A stretch of 64,000 nucleotides of DNA from Candidatus Chisholmbacteria bacterium (GCA_963704905.1 CAVPHZ010000002.1:292537-356536), one strand, 5' to 3'; shown: positions 1 to 10,099, counted from the stretch's first letter. Numbers and translations are program-made. Notes: generated by a model not told the origin, from the letters alone.

Positions 1-374
1 GTAACAACTCCCAGAAATATTGCCACATCAGCTATATTAAACAACGGCCCCGCACCCATACTCATAAAATCAACAATTCCACCTCGAAATGTTCGGTCAA
101 AGTAATTACTCAATCCACCGCCAAATATCATTCCAATCGATAAGTGAAAATCAGTATTACCTTTTGGTACTAAGGCAATAACGGCCAATATGGAAAGAAG
201 TACAGTTGTCAGTATCCATGCAATTTGAGGACTACTTGAAAGAAAACTGAACGCTACCCCCTGATTGAGAACAACTGGATAGCTCCAACGGATAAAAAGA
301 GTTTTGACAATCTGATCAACAACAATGATCAAAAAGCTAATGATGATAATTTTTCGATTGGAGAAAAGCCTCAC
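1..374 (-). CDS. lspA: lipoprotein signal peptidase II (LspA); its C-terminus runs off the window edge
   Basis: Hand translation of the minus strand from a GTG at 374 gives MRLFSNRKIIIISFLIIVVDQIVKT. That GTG overlaps the upstream stop as GTGA. The reverse complement of 1-59 gives ...PLFNIADVAIFLGVV, matching the LspA FN(L/I)AD catalytic-Asp region. It is absent from the ORF track because it is truncated. Confidence 0.6.
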   Translation of the reverse strand, partial: MRLFSNRKIIIISFLIIVVDQIVKTLFIRWSYPVVLNQGVAFSFLSSSPQIAWILTTVLLSILAVIALVPKGNTDFHLSIGMIFGGGLSNYFDRTFRGGIVDFMSMGAGPLFNIADVAIFLGVV

Positions 375-826
375 ACATTCCTCTTCTTCGCACAGCGCAT
401 GCAAAGCTCAGCCGTTGGATTTATTGCCAATCTATCAGTGTCAATCATTTTCCCACATGACTCACAAAGTCCGTATTTCCCAAACTTCATCTTTGTCAAA
501 GTTTTTCGGATGGTAATCAAACGTCGATCAACTTCCTGTCGGAGAGCTTCAACTCGATCATGACCAGAAATCTCCGCAGCATCGGCATCCGTAGCAGCGT
601 TGTCATTCACACGATCAGTATCAGAGAATGGATCCTCACTATCCAACTTCGTACGGCGCCTCTCAAGTCGTTTTTGCATCGAAACAAGATAATTTTTCAT
701 CGGTTTAAGAATATTTTTTGGTAAAAATGGTACTCGTTTCATAAAATAATATGTTTCAAAGTTAACTAACTTTTCTCTCCTGTTTGTTTTCGAATTCGTC
801 CACCCAATCGTGTAACAAATTGCCAA
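371..826 (-). CDS. DksA/TraR-family C4 zinc-finger protein
   Basis: The C-terminal CESCGKMIDTDRLAINPTAELCMRCA is the classic CxxC-x17-CxxC DksA/TraR finger. Its TGA stop overlaps the lspA start. Confidence 0.7.
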   Translation of the reverse strand: MAICYTIGWTNSKTNRREKLVNFETYYFMKRVPFLPKNILKPMKNYLVSMQKRLERRRTKLDSEDPFSDTDRVNDNAATDADAAEISGHDRVEALRQEVDRRLITIRKTLTKMKFGKYGLCESCGKMIDTDRLAINPTAELCMRCAKKRNV

Positions 827-1625
827 CTCGATTGTCGAATCTCTTGATAATCTTGAGTGACTGATCGTCCACTTCGTAGGTACAGACCAATGATTCCGAT
901 AAATACCATTCCAAATCCATAGTAAACTTCAATTGGGATCGAAAAAAAGTATACAGAAAAGTCAGTAAGCGGATCAACCACAAGGTGCAATGCTCCAGAA
1001 AACGTAAGGTATGAAAATGTTAAAAATCCAGGCTGTGCAGACGCACGCTTGTTCCGATACCATTCAAATGTACGGTACCGCTCCTCCACCCGCCACAGAA
1101 AAATAAAAATCAATAAGTAACCTATTATCCAAATAAACTGGATTGGAAGACGCGGAGCATCATAACCAACAAAAACGAAACCGAGAGACTGAAATTCACG
1201 ACCAACTCCAAATCCCGAAAAAAAGCTCCTATCCAACCCACACTCTGAGCCAATGCAAGACCTGTAACCGAAATATCGGCAATTGCATAATAACTCCACC
1301 GCTTTCTGCGGGAGATAAACCATAGTCCTATCGACCCAAGAAGCAATCCTCCAAATATTGATAATCCCGGAACCCGAAGAACCGATATCCAACGTAGGAA
1401 TGAAAGTTGAAATTGATCAAAATGAAACCCAATATAAGCTAAACGAGCTCCGATAAGCCCAAATAATGCTACGAGTATAAATGTATCAAAAATATCTTCT
1501 TCAGAAAAATGGTTTTCTACTCCCCTTTTCCAAACAACGAAACTTGCCATGACTAGAGCGATAAGTGAAAACACTCCAAAAGTATAGATCGTGACTGGTC
1601 CAAGAGAAATGAGAACTGGATACAT
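766..1625 (-). pseudogene. lgt: prolipoprotein diacylglyceryl transferase (Lgt)-like gene, split by a -1 frameshift at an A7 run and with substituted signature residues
   Basis: The N-terminal half (frame of ORF 1125..1736, from the internal Met MYPVLISLGPVTIYTFGVFSL) matches the Lgt N-terminus. The C-terminal half sits in the frame of ORF 766..1392 (RLPIQFIWIIGYLLIF...PGFLTFSYLTFSGALHLVVDP, compare E. coli RHPSQLYEFLLEG...[21 protein letters not shown]). The two frames join at the A7 tract 1218-1224. One extra A restores a continuous reading ...AQSVGWIGAFFSGFGVGREFQSLGFVF.... Confidence 0.55.
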
Positions 1626-1692
1626 AGTAAAACACCTCTCATTATACCCAAGGTTCGTTGACTTTCTACTACCGCTTCCGTACACTCCAAAT

Positions 1693-2130
1693 ATGCTTGC
1701 ATTAACCCACGCGATTGTTGGGGCAACCATTGCCAAAACCTCGTCTTCACCAACAACGGGCTATCTGCTCGCCTTTCTCTCTCATCCAGTTCTCGATTAT
1801 ATTCCCCACTGGGACATGCGCACACGCCATACGAAGCGTCCGTTAACTCATATCATCTTATTATCTCTTGCCGATGCCGCTGTGGGTTTTACGATTGGCT
1901 TCCTTCTCTTTGGCTCATCAGTTCCATTCGTTCAACTCACCATTACAATGTTCGCTGCACAAGCGATGGATTGGTTCGAAGCGCCATTCACAGTACTAAA
2001 CTGGAAATTCCCACCCTTCTCATGGATCAAGGCTTTTCAGCATAAGGTGCACACGAAAATGGGATTCCCAAATGGACTCTGGACTCAATTTATCCTAGTA
2101 TTCTTTCTACTTTTACTTTCTGCGCAATGA
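1693..2130 (+). CDS. hypothetical polytopic membrane protein with several His residues (possibly a YdjM-like membrane hydrolase)
   Basis: ORF 1591..2130 trimmed to Met35 (ATG at 1693) so that it no longer overlaps lgt. It has hydrophobic segments and an HPVLDYIPHWD motif. I see no confident homology. Confidence 0.35.
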   Translation: MLALTHAIVGATIAKTSSSPTTGYLLAFLSHPVLDYIPHWDMRTRHTKRPLTHIILLSLADAAVGFTIGFLLFGSSVPFVQLTITMFAAQAMDWFEAPFTVLNWKFPPFSWIKAFQHKVHTKMGFPNGLWTQFILVFFLLLLSAQ

Positions 2131-2131
2131 A

Positions 2132-2692
2132 TTAAGAAGTTCTTTCAATGTACTCACCTGTGCGAGTATCCACTCTAATCTTATCTCCCGCATTGATGAA
2201 TAGAGGCACACGGACTCGAATATTTGTCTCAAGAATAACATCTTTGGTAGCTCCCGCAACAGTATCCCCTTTCACTCCGGGGCTTGCTTCCTTCACTGTA
2301 AGGGAAACTTTTGGAGGGAGATCAATATCAATTGCCTTGTTTTCAAAAAGGAGAATAAAAATTGGTGTACCCTCAACAGCATATTTCGATACAGCTCCAG
2401 AAATAGACGCTGGGATGCTCACTTGCTCAAACGTTTCAGGATGCATAAATATGAGATGTTCCTCTTCTGGGTAAAGATACGTCATCGCTCGACGCTCTAC
2501 CTGAGCTTCCTGAACTTTATCACCCGATTTAAACGTATGTGCTTGCAAAGATCCAGTACGAAGATTTCTGGCTTTAATGGTAATCGTTCCAGAACCTCGG
2601 GATAAATGAACATGTTTATACTCAGTCACTCTCCACGGGTCATTGGCATACTCAAAAACAACACCAGTACGAAGCTTGGTTACACTCAACAT
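2132..2692 (-). CDS. efp: elongation factor P
   Basis: MLSVTKLRTGVVFEYANDPWRVTEYKHVHLSRGSGTITIKARNLRTGS...KGDTVAGATKDVILETN..VPLFINAGDKIRVDTRTGEYIER is typical EF-P. I chose the internal Met (ATG 2692) as the start; the longer ORF would overlap the tRNA. Confidence 0.9.
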   Translation of the reverse strand: MLSVTKLRTGVVFEYANDPWRVTEYKHVHLSRGSGTITIKARNLRTGSLQAHTFKSGDKVQEAQVERRAMTYLYPEEEHLIFMHPETFEQVSIPASISGAVSKYAVEGTPIFILLFENKAIDIDLPPKVSLTVKEASPGVKGDTVAGATKDVILETNIRVRVPLFINAGDKIRVDTRTGEYIERTS

Positions 2693-2757
2693 AGAAACGT
2701 ATTGTAAGAAATATTCTGATAAAATACCAGTGAAGCTCATCCTGAGCTTCTCCAAAA

Positions 2758-2843
2758 GCCGAGGTGGCGGAACTGGCAGACGCGTAGGTCTCAAAAACCT
2801 ATGAGGCTAATACCTCGTGCGGGTTCGACTCCCGCCCTCGGCA
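2758..2843 (+). tRNA. tRNA-Leu (anticodon CAA), class II with a long variable arm; CCA is not encoded
   Basis: Acceptor GCCGAGG pairs with CCTCGGC. U8 is present. The D-arm is GCG/CGC with a GG-containing loop. The anticodon stem is TAGGT/ACCTA with loop CTCAAAA, giving C34-A35-A36. The variable arm is a 17-nt hairpin (GAGG/CCTC). The T-arm is GCGGG-TTCGACT-CCCGC. The discriminator is A2843. Confidence 0.8.
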
Positions 2844-2857
2844 CAATATAAAGTTAA

Positions 2858-4174
2858 TTAACTCGAGCCTCTCCGCTTGTCCACCCCATAAAACCGAATC
2901 CGATCGCCTTTAAAGCGAAGGTTAATGATACGAAGCGGCCCATTTCGATGCTTGGCAATGGATAGCTTCATATTCTCTGTCTCCTCATCATCCTCACGAA
3001 ATAAAAACATTACAACATCAGCATCTTGTTCAATCGCTCCGGATTCTCGGAGGTCTGCCAACTGCGGTTGATTACCTCCTCGATGTTCTACTGCTCGTGA
3101 TAATTGTGAAAGTGCTAAAACTGGAATCTTTAATTCCCTGGCTAAATTTTTCATACCCTGACTAATCTCGGTCACTTCTTGAACACGGTTTTCAAGCCTT
3201 CGTCCAACAGCAAGTTGCAGATAATCAATAATAAGTATCCGTAATCCGACTTCACTCATCAGTCTTCGAGCTTTAGTACGCATCTCAAGAATTGACAGAC
3301 CTGGCGTATCATCGATATACAGAGGCGCCTCTGCAAGAACACCCATGGCATTTGAAAGTTTTTCAAAATCTTCAGGGCTTAACTTTCCGGTTTTCAAACG
3401 CCATGCATCGATATCCGCTTGTGATACCAAAAGTCTATCAACAACCTCTTCCTTGCTCATTTCAAGAGAAAAAAAGCCTACTGGTAAATTCATAGCTACC
3501 GCCATGTGCTGAGCCATGTTCAAAGCTAATGCGGTTTTTCCCGTACCAGGTCTCCCAGCGAGCACAAGCAAGTTCGAATCCTGCATGCCAGCTAAGGTAT
3601 TATCTAAGTCACGAAAGCCAGTAGGCACACCCCGTAAGCCCTCTGAAGCCTTGTGTAATTCGTCAAGACGATCAAAACTCTGTGCCAGAGCTTCTCGAAT
3701 TGGAATGAAAGCCTGTTTCGTTTGTTTTTGAGAAAGAGAAAATATCTCTCGCTCTGCCCGATCAACAACTTCATCAGCTGCCAAAGACTCATTAAATGCA
3801 TCCTCAACGAGTTGACTCGCAGAGGTGATAACCATCCTCTTGACTGCCTCAGAATGAACGATCTGCCCATAGTGAGCAACATGTGAGGCAGTTGGAACCG
3901 AAGACGCGAGTCTGGCAAGATAACTCGAACCGCCTATCTTTTTTAAACTTTTGTGTTTTTTAAGCCGATCCGAGAGTGTAACCAGATCAACCGGTTTTCC
4001 TTCCTCAAACAATTCGAGAACGCAGAGAAATATCGTTCCATGATATTCATTATAAAAATGCTCAGGTTTTAAAAATTCAATAACTTGAGTAATGGCTTCG
4101 CGATCTATGAGAAAAGATCCGAGCACAGATTGTTCTGCTTCATCGCTATGCGGAGGCACACGTCCTTGAGCCAT
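2858..4174 (-). CDS. dnaB: replicative DNA helicase DnaB
   Basis: N-terminal SDEAEQSVLGSFLID..., a Walker A GRPGTGKTALAL, and the RecA-like C-terminus are typical of DnaB. Confidence 0.9.
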   Translation of the reverse strand: MAQGRVPPHSDEAEQSVLGSFLIDREAITQVIEFLKPEHFYNEYHGTIFLCVLELFEEGKPVDLVTLSDRLKKHKSLKKIGGSSYLARLASSVPTASHVAHYGQIVHSEAVKRMVITSASQLVEDAFNESLAADEVVDRAEREIFSLSQKQTKQAFIPIREALAQSFDRLDELHKASEGLRGVPTGFRDLDNTLAGMQDSNLLVLAGRPGTGKTALALNMAQHMAVAMNLPVGFFSLEMSKEEVVDRLLVSQADIDAWRLKTGKLSPEDFEKLSNAMGVLAEAPLYIDDTPGLSILEMRTKARRLMSEVGLRILIIDYLQLAVGRRLENRVQEVTEISQGMKNLARELKIPVLALSQLSRAVEHRGGNQPQLADLRESGAIEQDADVVMFLFREDDEETENMKLSIAKHRNGPLRIINLRFKGDRIRFYGVDKRRGSS

Positions 4175-4204
4175 AATTAAGAAGATTATCTGGGCAGCAA
4201 CTAA

Positions 4205-4870
4205 CTAACTACCTAACACAACAACTTCCAATTCCTCTGGTAATTGTTGTCGTGTCATCGTAAGTTTTTCTTGAGGAGTGACATCATCAAAACCACCTTC
4301 TCGAAGAAATGCGTCAACCTCTGCAACTTCCTTAAATGCTTTAAGGTCATGTTTCTTGGTTTTGTAATGCATTGGAATGACAATCGATGGCTGAAGTTGG
4401 CTAATCACCTCAGTCGCTTCTTTCGGTCCAATCGTGTACACTCCTCCAACGGGCAGTAAAAGCACGTCAATTTCGCCTATTTCTTCAGTTTGCTGATCAG
4501 TCAAAACATGCCCAAGGTCACCCAGGTGAGCAATATTAAGATCGTCCACTCGCAGCACAAAAATAGTATTCACACCTCTCTCTGCACCCTCCTTTGCATC
4601 ATGATATGAAGCAATTCCAAATACTGAAATTCCGGCTACTTCATACTCTCCAGGATGCGCAATGACGAATGGTTCTTCACGCCTCGCTGTACCTGAGACT
4701 GCAGAAAAGTTATTATGGTCAAAGTGATCATGCGACACCGTCACCACATCGGAAGAAATACGGGAAAAAGGAAAGCCAACCTTAGAATCATAGGGATCAG
4801 TCACAACACTTGCATTTTTTCCCCGAAGTTTAAAAGACGCATGGCCAAGATATATGATATCCATAACCAA
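4205..4870 (-). CDS. UPF0173-type metallo-beta-lactamase-fold hydrolase
   Basis: YLGHASFKL...VSHDHFDHNN carries the HxHxDH metal-binding motif. Confidence 0.7.
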   Translation of the reverse strand: MVMDIIYLGHASFKLRGKNASVVTDPYDSKVGFPFSRISSDVVTVSHDHFDHNNFSAVSGTARREEPFVIAHPGEYEVAGISVFGIASYHDAKEGAERGVNTIFVLRVDDLNIAHLGDLGHVLTDQQTEEIGEIDVLLLPVGGVYTIGPKEATEVISQLQPSIVIPMHYKTKKHDLKAFKEVAEVDAFLREGGFDDVTPQEKLTMTRQQLPEELEVVVLGS

Positions 4871-4973
4871 CGAATGGTATCACAGCCAAGTTTTCTTGAC
4901 AATACGAGCCCTGTTTGTTAGAGTTACGCGCGAAACATAATCCTATATAATTTACTCTGCTTCAAAAAGAGGT

Positions 4974-5399
4974 ATGCGAAAAGAAGTGATCATCGTTATT
5001 CTCGTAGGAATTGCAATAGGTGCGATCGTCACCTTCGGCATCTATACAGCCCAAACGGCAATTCAGCGTCAGCAGGTCAAAATCGAACAATCTGAAAAAC
5101 CTGATACTACACCCTCTCCGGCAGACTCTTCTCACTTTCTTCAAATATTAGAGCCAGCCAATGAACTCGTAACTGAAGAAGAAGATATTTCTATTACAGG
5201 GCAAACAAGTCCAAACGCCGTTATTGCAATCATTGCACAAGAAAGTGAGTATCTCCTCACCGCCGATAATGAGGGTACATTCTCCGCACAAATATCGCTC
5301 TCCGGAGGGGCAAATCAAATTACTATCAGCAGCTTCGACGGAGAAGGAAATAAAGTTGAAGAAGCGCTGACAGTGGTATACTCAACCGCAGAGCTATGA
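4974..5399 (+). CDS. hypothetical signal-anchored protein
   Basis: An N-terminal TM helix (VIIVILVGIAIGAIVTFGIY) is followed by a Thr/Ser/Glu-rich ectodomain. Its end overlaps the next ORF by 4 nt. Confidence 0.5.
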   Translation: MRKEVIIVILVGIAIGAIVTFGIYTAQTAIQRQQVKIEQSEKPDTTPSPADSSHFLQILEPANELVTEEEDISITGQTSPNAVIAIIAQESEYLLTADNEGTFSAQISLSGGANQITISSFDGEGNKVEEALTVVYSTAEL

Positions 5400-6196
5400 T
5401 TGATTCCGACAATCACTCCTTTCTACCCCATGTACTCAAAAGTCTTCTTCTAGGCCATGCTTGTCTCATACTTCTTCTTGTATATACCACGACATTTTCA
5501 TACGCACAGAAAGACGCCACGAATTCCACCGTATCAGAAGAAACAATTAAAGAAAATCTGAAGGAACGACTCAAAAATGTGATACGAGACAACCAAGTTG
5601 AAAGAATAGTAACCAAGCGAGCTTGGGTTGGAAATTTAGCCTCTATAGCAAACAATACATTAACCATTGAAACCAGATATGGACCGAGGTTGGCAAGCGT
5701 CTCTGCCGAAACAACGTTTGTCCTCTTACCTAAACGGGCATCTATTTCAGCCGAAGATCTTGTTATCGGCTCACATACCATTGCAATGGGAGTTGTTAAC
5801 GAAAATCAGGTTCTTAATACAACTAGAGTTGTCATTGAAGAAGATCCTGAAGAAACCCCAAAGAGAGTTGCCCACTTTGTTCGCATAAGTCAGTTTAATG
5901 AAAAGACTGATGAATTAGAAGTTATTCTCACATCAGGAGAGGTTCAAACCCTCGAGATCACTAAAAAAACTGAGGTTTCACTAAATAATGACACTGAAAT
6001 TGAAAATGGATCTACAGATGATCTCGTCCAAGGAGAACATGCAATTATCATTGTTGAGATAAACATGGGCGCCAATGATGAAGAACGGTTACTCCTTCGC
6101 ATTCACTTGCTTGCCAAAAACGCTGAGGAAGACGTTGTAATCGGTCCTGAAATTGATCAATCAAGTCAAGAATCCACTCAATCTTCACATCAATAA
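5396..6196 (+). CDS. hypothetical secreted or membrane-anchored protein
   Basis: It has an N-terminal hydrophobic signal/anchor (LLLGHACLILLLVYTTTF) and acidic, T/N-rich repeat-like segments. It is translationally coupled to the preceding ORF. Confidence 0.5.
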   Translation: MIDSDNHSFLPHVLKSLLLGHACLILLLVYTTTFSYAQKDATNSTVSEETIKENLKERLKNVIRDNQVERIVTKRAWVGNLASIANNTLTIETRYGPRLASVSAETTFVLLPKRASISAEDLVIGSHTIAMGVVNENQVLNTTRVVIEEDPEETPKRVAHFVRISQFNEKTDELEVILTSGEVQTLEITKKTEVSLNNDTEIENGSTDDLVQGEHAIIIVEINMGANDEERLLLRIHLLAKNAEEDVVIGPEIDQSSQESTQSSHQ

Positions 6197-6537
6197 ATCA
6201 ATATTCGAAACAAGCTCCACTATGGTCACCTGAGCCTTTATCTCTTAAATACACCAAATATCTATTTTTACCAAATCGAATATCCAGATCTCGACCATAA
6301 AGAATAGATATCGATAGATATGGTGTTTGAGCAGTTCATACGGAGTTCCAAATTCCTCAACATCCACAGTTCTGGCTACTATCATCAGCTCAAGGAGCTA
6401 TTGATCCACTATTGGAATTGAATTTTGTCCAAAAACATTGGAGCGTAATATAAAACGTCAAATAAGGAAAAGAAGTTACAGAATACTATTCGGATCAAAC
6501 CTTGTTACCAGGCTAATCAAGTGATATCATAAGTTTT

Positions 6538-7818
6538 ATGGCAAGCAAAAAGACACTTCTTCAACCGCCAAAAGGTTTTCGTGATTTCCTCCCCCAGGAA
6601 GCCATGAAGCGAGGTTATGTCATTAGCGCAATGATTAGAACATTTGAGCTCTTTGGTTTCCAACCGCTTGAAACCCCTGCACTGGAATATGCATCGGTCT
6701 TAGAAGGCAAATATGGGGAGGAAGAAAAACTCATCTTCAAATTCGAAGATCGCGGCAAAAGAGAACTAGCTCTGCGCTTTGATCAAACCATTCCGACAGC
6801 TAGAGTTGTCGCCCAGTACGCAGATCAACTCCCTACTCCTTTCAAACGCTATCAGATTCAACCGGCATGGCGGGCAGAAAAACCACAAGCTGGCAGATTC
6901 CGAGAGTTTCTTCAATGTGATGCTGATATTATCGGCACCGACTCCCCCTTGGCAGATGCTGAAATTCTCGCTTTAGCTGACAAAGTCCTTCAAGTATTGG
7001 GCGTTAAGAAATACCTTATTTTGTTCAATGATCGTCGAGTGCTCTCAAGAATGATAAAATCTTCCGGCATTAAAGCAGAGCTTGAGTTACCAATTATCCG
7101 CATATTAGATAAACTTGAAAAAGTTGGTGAAGAAGCTGTCTTAACCGAACTCGAAAATATTGGTGTTGCATCGACAAAAATAGAACAACTCATGACGCTT
7201 CTTGGGAAACGACCAGTCCTCCCAGGAAAAAAGATACAGGAAGTGAGCCTAGAGGAGATCGAATCAATTACCCGAGAGCTAAAGAAATTTGGAGTATCAA
7301 GCAAAAAAGTACTGTATACCCCAACTCTTGCCAGAGGTTTAGATTACTACACCGGGCTAATCTTTGAGGTAACAATCAATGGGTACGAGGTAGGTTCAGT
7401 ATGTGGCGGAGGGAGATACGACAATCTCATTGGTATGTATGCAGGCAAGTCCATACCAGCTGTTGGCTTTGCCTTTGGTATAGATAGGATGATTGAGGCA
7501 CTTGATTTGCTTAATCTTTTTCCAGTTTCCAAAACACAGACAAAAGTACTTGTCACAATATTCAATCAAGAACTCGCAAACACATCTGCATCCCTCACAA
7601 CCGAGTTAAGAAACCAACAAATCAATGCCGAACTCTATCTGAATCCTTTCGAAAAACTCGATAAACAAATAAAATATGCCGACAAAAAAAGCATCCCGTT
7701 CGTGGTCATCATCGGCCCCGACGAAGCAGAAAACAATCAAGTGACTATCAAGAACCTCGACACGGAGATACAAGAAACCATTCCACAAGATCAGCTCCTT
7801 TCGCGTTTACAGAAATAA
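6538..7818 (+). CDS. hisS: histidyl-tRNA synthetase
   Basis: KGFRDFLP, the motif-2 region RFDQTIP..R, GGGRYDNL and the C-terminal anticodon-binding domain are all present. Confidence 0.9.
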   Translation: MASKKTLLQPPKGFRDFLPQEAMKRGYVISAMIRTFELFGFQPLETPALEYASVLEGKYGEEEKLIFKFEDRGKRELALRFDQTIPTARVVAQYADQLPTPFKRYQIQPAWRAEKPQAGRFREFLQCDADIIGTDSPLADAEILALADKVLQVLGVKKYLILFNDRRVLSRMIKSSGIKAELELPIIRILDKLEKVGEEAVLTELENIGVASTKIEQLMTLLGKRPVLPGKKIQEVSLEEIESITRELKKFGVSSKKVLYTPTLARGLDYYTGLIFEVTINGYEVGSVCGGGRYDNLIGMYAGKSIPAVGFAFGIDRMIEALDLLNLFPVSKTQTKVLVTIFNQELANTSASLTTELRNQQINAELYLNPFEKLDKQIKYADKKSIPFVVIIGPDEAENNQVTIKNLDTEIQETIPQDQLLSRLQK

Positions 7819-7827
7819 AAAGTCTCT

Positions 7828-8790
7828 ATGCCCACACGCCTAAAAGCCTATATCGCCCTACTCATAAACGTATCAATATGGGGTGCAGCGCTTCCAATAG
7901 TAAAACCAGCACTATCATTTGTTACACCCTATCAGTACCTTTTCTTTCGCTATCTCATCGCCGCTCCAATCTCGCTCCCCTTTCTTATCTACCTCATGAA
8001 AAAGCACAAACCATCGATAAAGGTATTAAGAAATACAGTTTTATTAGAATTCATCGGTGTGACAGGGTATCTTTCACTTCTCTATGAAGGACTCAGTCGT
8101 ACCACCTCAATCGAGGCAACCTTAATTGCCAATACCGCTTCCATCTTCATTATCTTGGGAGGAATATTTTTTCTCAAAGAACAAGAAGAACGGCATGAAC
8201 TTATCGGCCTAATAATGGCAATAGCAGGTGCGCTCCTCCTGACGTTCGAACCAATCATTACTGGAAGAAACCACCTTGGTTTAAGCTCACTTACTGGGAA
8301 TCTCCTAGTTTTAGCGGCCAATCTATTCTGGGCCTCATACATCCTCTTAGCGAAAAAACGATATAGAAATACTCCGAAACTTCTAGTTGGCTTCCTTAGC
8401 CCCTGGGTTGGTCTCATGAGCTTTTTTATCCTGGTCCTGCTCACAACTCCTGATCTCAGTGTTGCAGGGGTAGGTTCAATGATTACCTCTAGCTTGTCAA
8501 TCATTCAGGTCGCCAGTGCCGCAATCTACATGTCTCTACTCGGTTCTATTATTGCTGTTCCAGCCTATATCTATGGCAACGATCTTATCGAAGCTTCAGA
8601 AGCCTCGCTCTTTTCCTACCTTCAACCTGTAATTGCCATTCCCCTGGCAACCATTTGGCTCAAAGAACCAATTAACATCATCATGATCCTCGCCCTTTTG
8701 CTTACCACCTCAGGTGTCTATACTGCCGAGCGCAGAAAGAAAACGATAGCCACTGCCAAATCAGTTGCCATACACCCGACCGAAGAGTAA
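7828..8790 (+). CDS. EamA/DMT-superfamily permease (10 TM)
   Basis: Two EamA-like halves of hydrophobic helices. Confidence 0.7.
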   Translation: MPTRLKAYIALLINVSIWGAALPIVKPALSFVTPYQYLFFRYLIAAPISLPFLIYLMKKHKPSIKVLRNTVLLEFIGVTGYLSLLYEGLSRTTSIEATLIANTASIFIILGGIFFLKEQEERHELIGLIMAIAGALLLTFEPIITGRNHLGLSSLTGNLLVLAANLFWASYILLAKKRYRNTPKLLVGFLSPWVGLMSFFILVLLTTPDLSVAGVGSMITSSLSIIQVASAAIYMSLLGSIIAVPAYIYGNDLIEASEASLFSYLQPVIAIPLATIWLKEPINIIMILALLLTTSGVYTAERRKKTIATAKSVAIHPTEE

Positions 8791-8800
8791 AATCAGCCTA

Positions 8801-10003
8801 ATGAAAATATCAGATAGAGCGCTTAAAACTCCCCCCTCTCCGATTCGTAAACTCGTACCGTACGCCGAGCGAGCCAAGAAAAAAGGCATCCACATCTACA
8901 ATCTCAACATCGGTCAACCGGATATTAAATCACCCTCAGCTTTCCTGCGCGCCGTTAACACCTATTCCAGCACAACAGTTGCCTATGAAAACTCACTAGG
9001 AAACTCTCAGCTTCGACAAGACCTTGTCAAGTACTACCGGAAAAACGATATCGACGCGACCACTGACAACATTATCATCACGACAGGGGGAAGTGAGGCA
9101 ATCCTCTTCGCACTTCTGGCTACCTGTGACCCATCTGATGAATGTCTTGTATTCGAACCGTTCTATGCTAACTACGCGGGGTTTGCATCCATGGCCGGTG
9201 TCAACCTAAAAGCAGTAACGACCAAGCCTCAGGATGGATTTCACCTCCCTACCCGATCAGAAGTTGAAAGACAGATCACAAGCAAAACCAAAGCGATAGT
9301 TATTGTCAGTCCCAATAATCCAACTGGAACGGTACTCTCAAAGAGTGAACTCGAAACAATTGGGAAGATAGCCAACCAACACAACCTCTTCATTATCAGC
9401 GATGAAACCTATCGGGAATTTATCTACGATAATTTGACACACGTCAGCGCTTGGTCTCTCAAAGCAAACCAGAATCATGTCATCATCGTAGACAGCCTCT
9501 CAAAACGGTACAGTCTCTGTGGTGCTCGAATTGGTTGTTTGGTGACAAAAAACAAACTAGTGCTGGATGGTGTGACCAAATTTGCTCAGGCTCGTCTAGC
9601 CTCCCCAACCATCGAGCAAGTCGCTGCCATTGCAGCACTCAAAACTCCCGTGTCATACTTTAATAAAATTAAAGATGAGTATCAAAATCGAAGAAACACA
9701 CTTATTGAAGGCCTACAAGCTATTCCTGGTGTATACGTCCAAAAACCAAGCGGAGCCTTCTACTGTATTGCAAAGCTACCAGTAAAAAATGCCGAGGAAT
9801 ATGCGACCTGGTTACTCACTGACTATCAACAAGATAGAAAAACAGTCATGTTAGCACCAGCAGCAGGATTCTATCTTTCAAATAAGTTAGGAGCTGATGA
9901 AGTCCGTATCGCCTATGTACTCAATCAATCTGATTTAAAACAAGCAATCCAGATTCTTCACGACTCGTTAGCGGTGTACAAAAATACTGTGGGCAGCAAG
10001 TAA
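8801..10003 (+). CDS. class I/II PLP-dependent aminotransferase (aspartate/aromatic type)
   Basis: Contains NPTG, the SDETY region and the lysine-loop SKRYSLCGARIGC. The start is set at the ATG at 8801 (MKISDRALK) to avoid overlap with the upstream gene. Confidence 0.8.
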   Translation: MKISDRALKTPPSPIRKLVPYAERAKKKGIHIYNLNIGQPDIKSPSAFLRAVNTYSSTTVAYENSLGNSQLRQDLVKYYRKNDIDATTDNIIITTGGSEAILFALLATCDPSDECLVFEPFYANYAGFASMAGVNLKAVTTKPQDGFHLPTRSEVERQITSKTKAIVIVSPNNPTGTVLSKSELETIGKIANQHNLFIISDETYREFIYDNLTHVSAWSLKANQNHVIIVDSLSKRYSLCGARIGCLVTKNKLVLDGVTKFAQARLASPTIEQVAAIAALKTPVSYFNKIKDEYQNRRNTLIEGLQAIPGVYVQKPSGAFYCIAKLPVKNAEEYATWLLTDYQQDRKTVMLAPAAGFYLSNKLGADEVRIAYVLNQSDLKQAIQILHDSLAVYKNTVGSK

Positions 10004-10099
10004 CTAGTATAAATAACAATAAATTGATACAATACTGACCTTGAATGAGAGATAAATTCGATATCGTTCCGCTATTCAAATTCAATAATCTGCAATACC

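Noticed and set aside
1591-1692. N-terminal 34 codons of ORF 1591..2130, and the 37-codon extension of the lgt frame (1626-1736)
   Set aside because: The extensions overlap each other on opposite strands and lack family similarity. Internal Met starts give clean divergent genes.
2693-2794. 34-codon N-terminal extension of efp
   Set aside because: It overlaps the tRNA-Leu gene. EF-P similarity begins at the internal Met.
6197-6537. Sigma70-like promoter TTGTCC...TAATAT upstream of hisS
   Set aside because: The spacer is about 15 nt and the match is weak, so it is not reportable as a feature.
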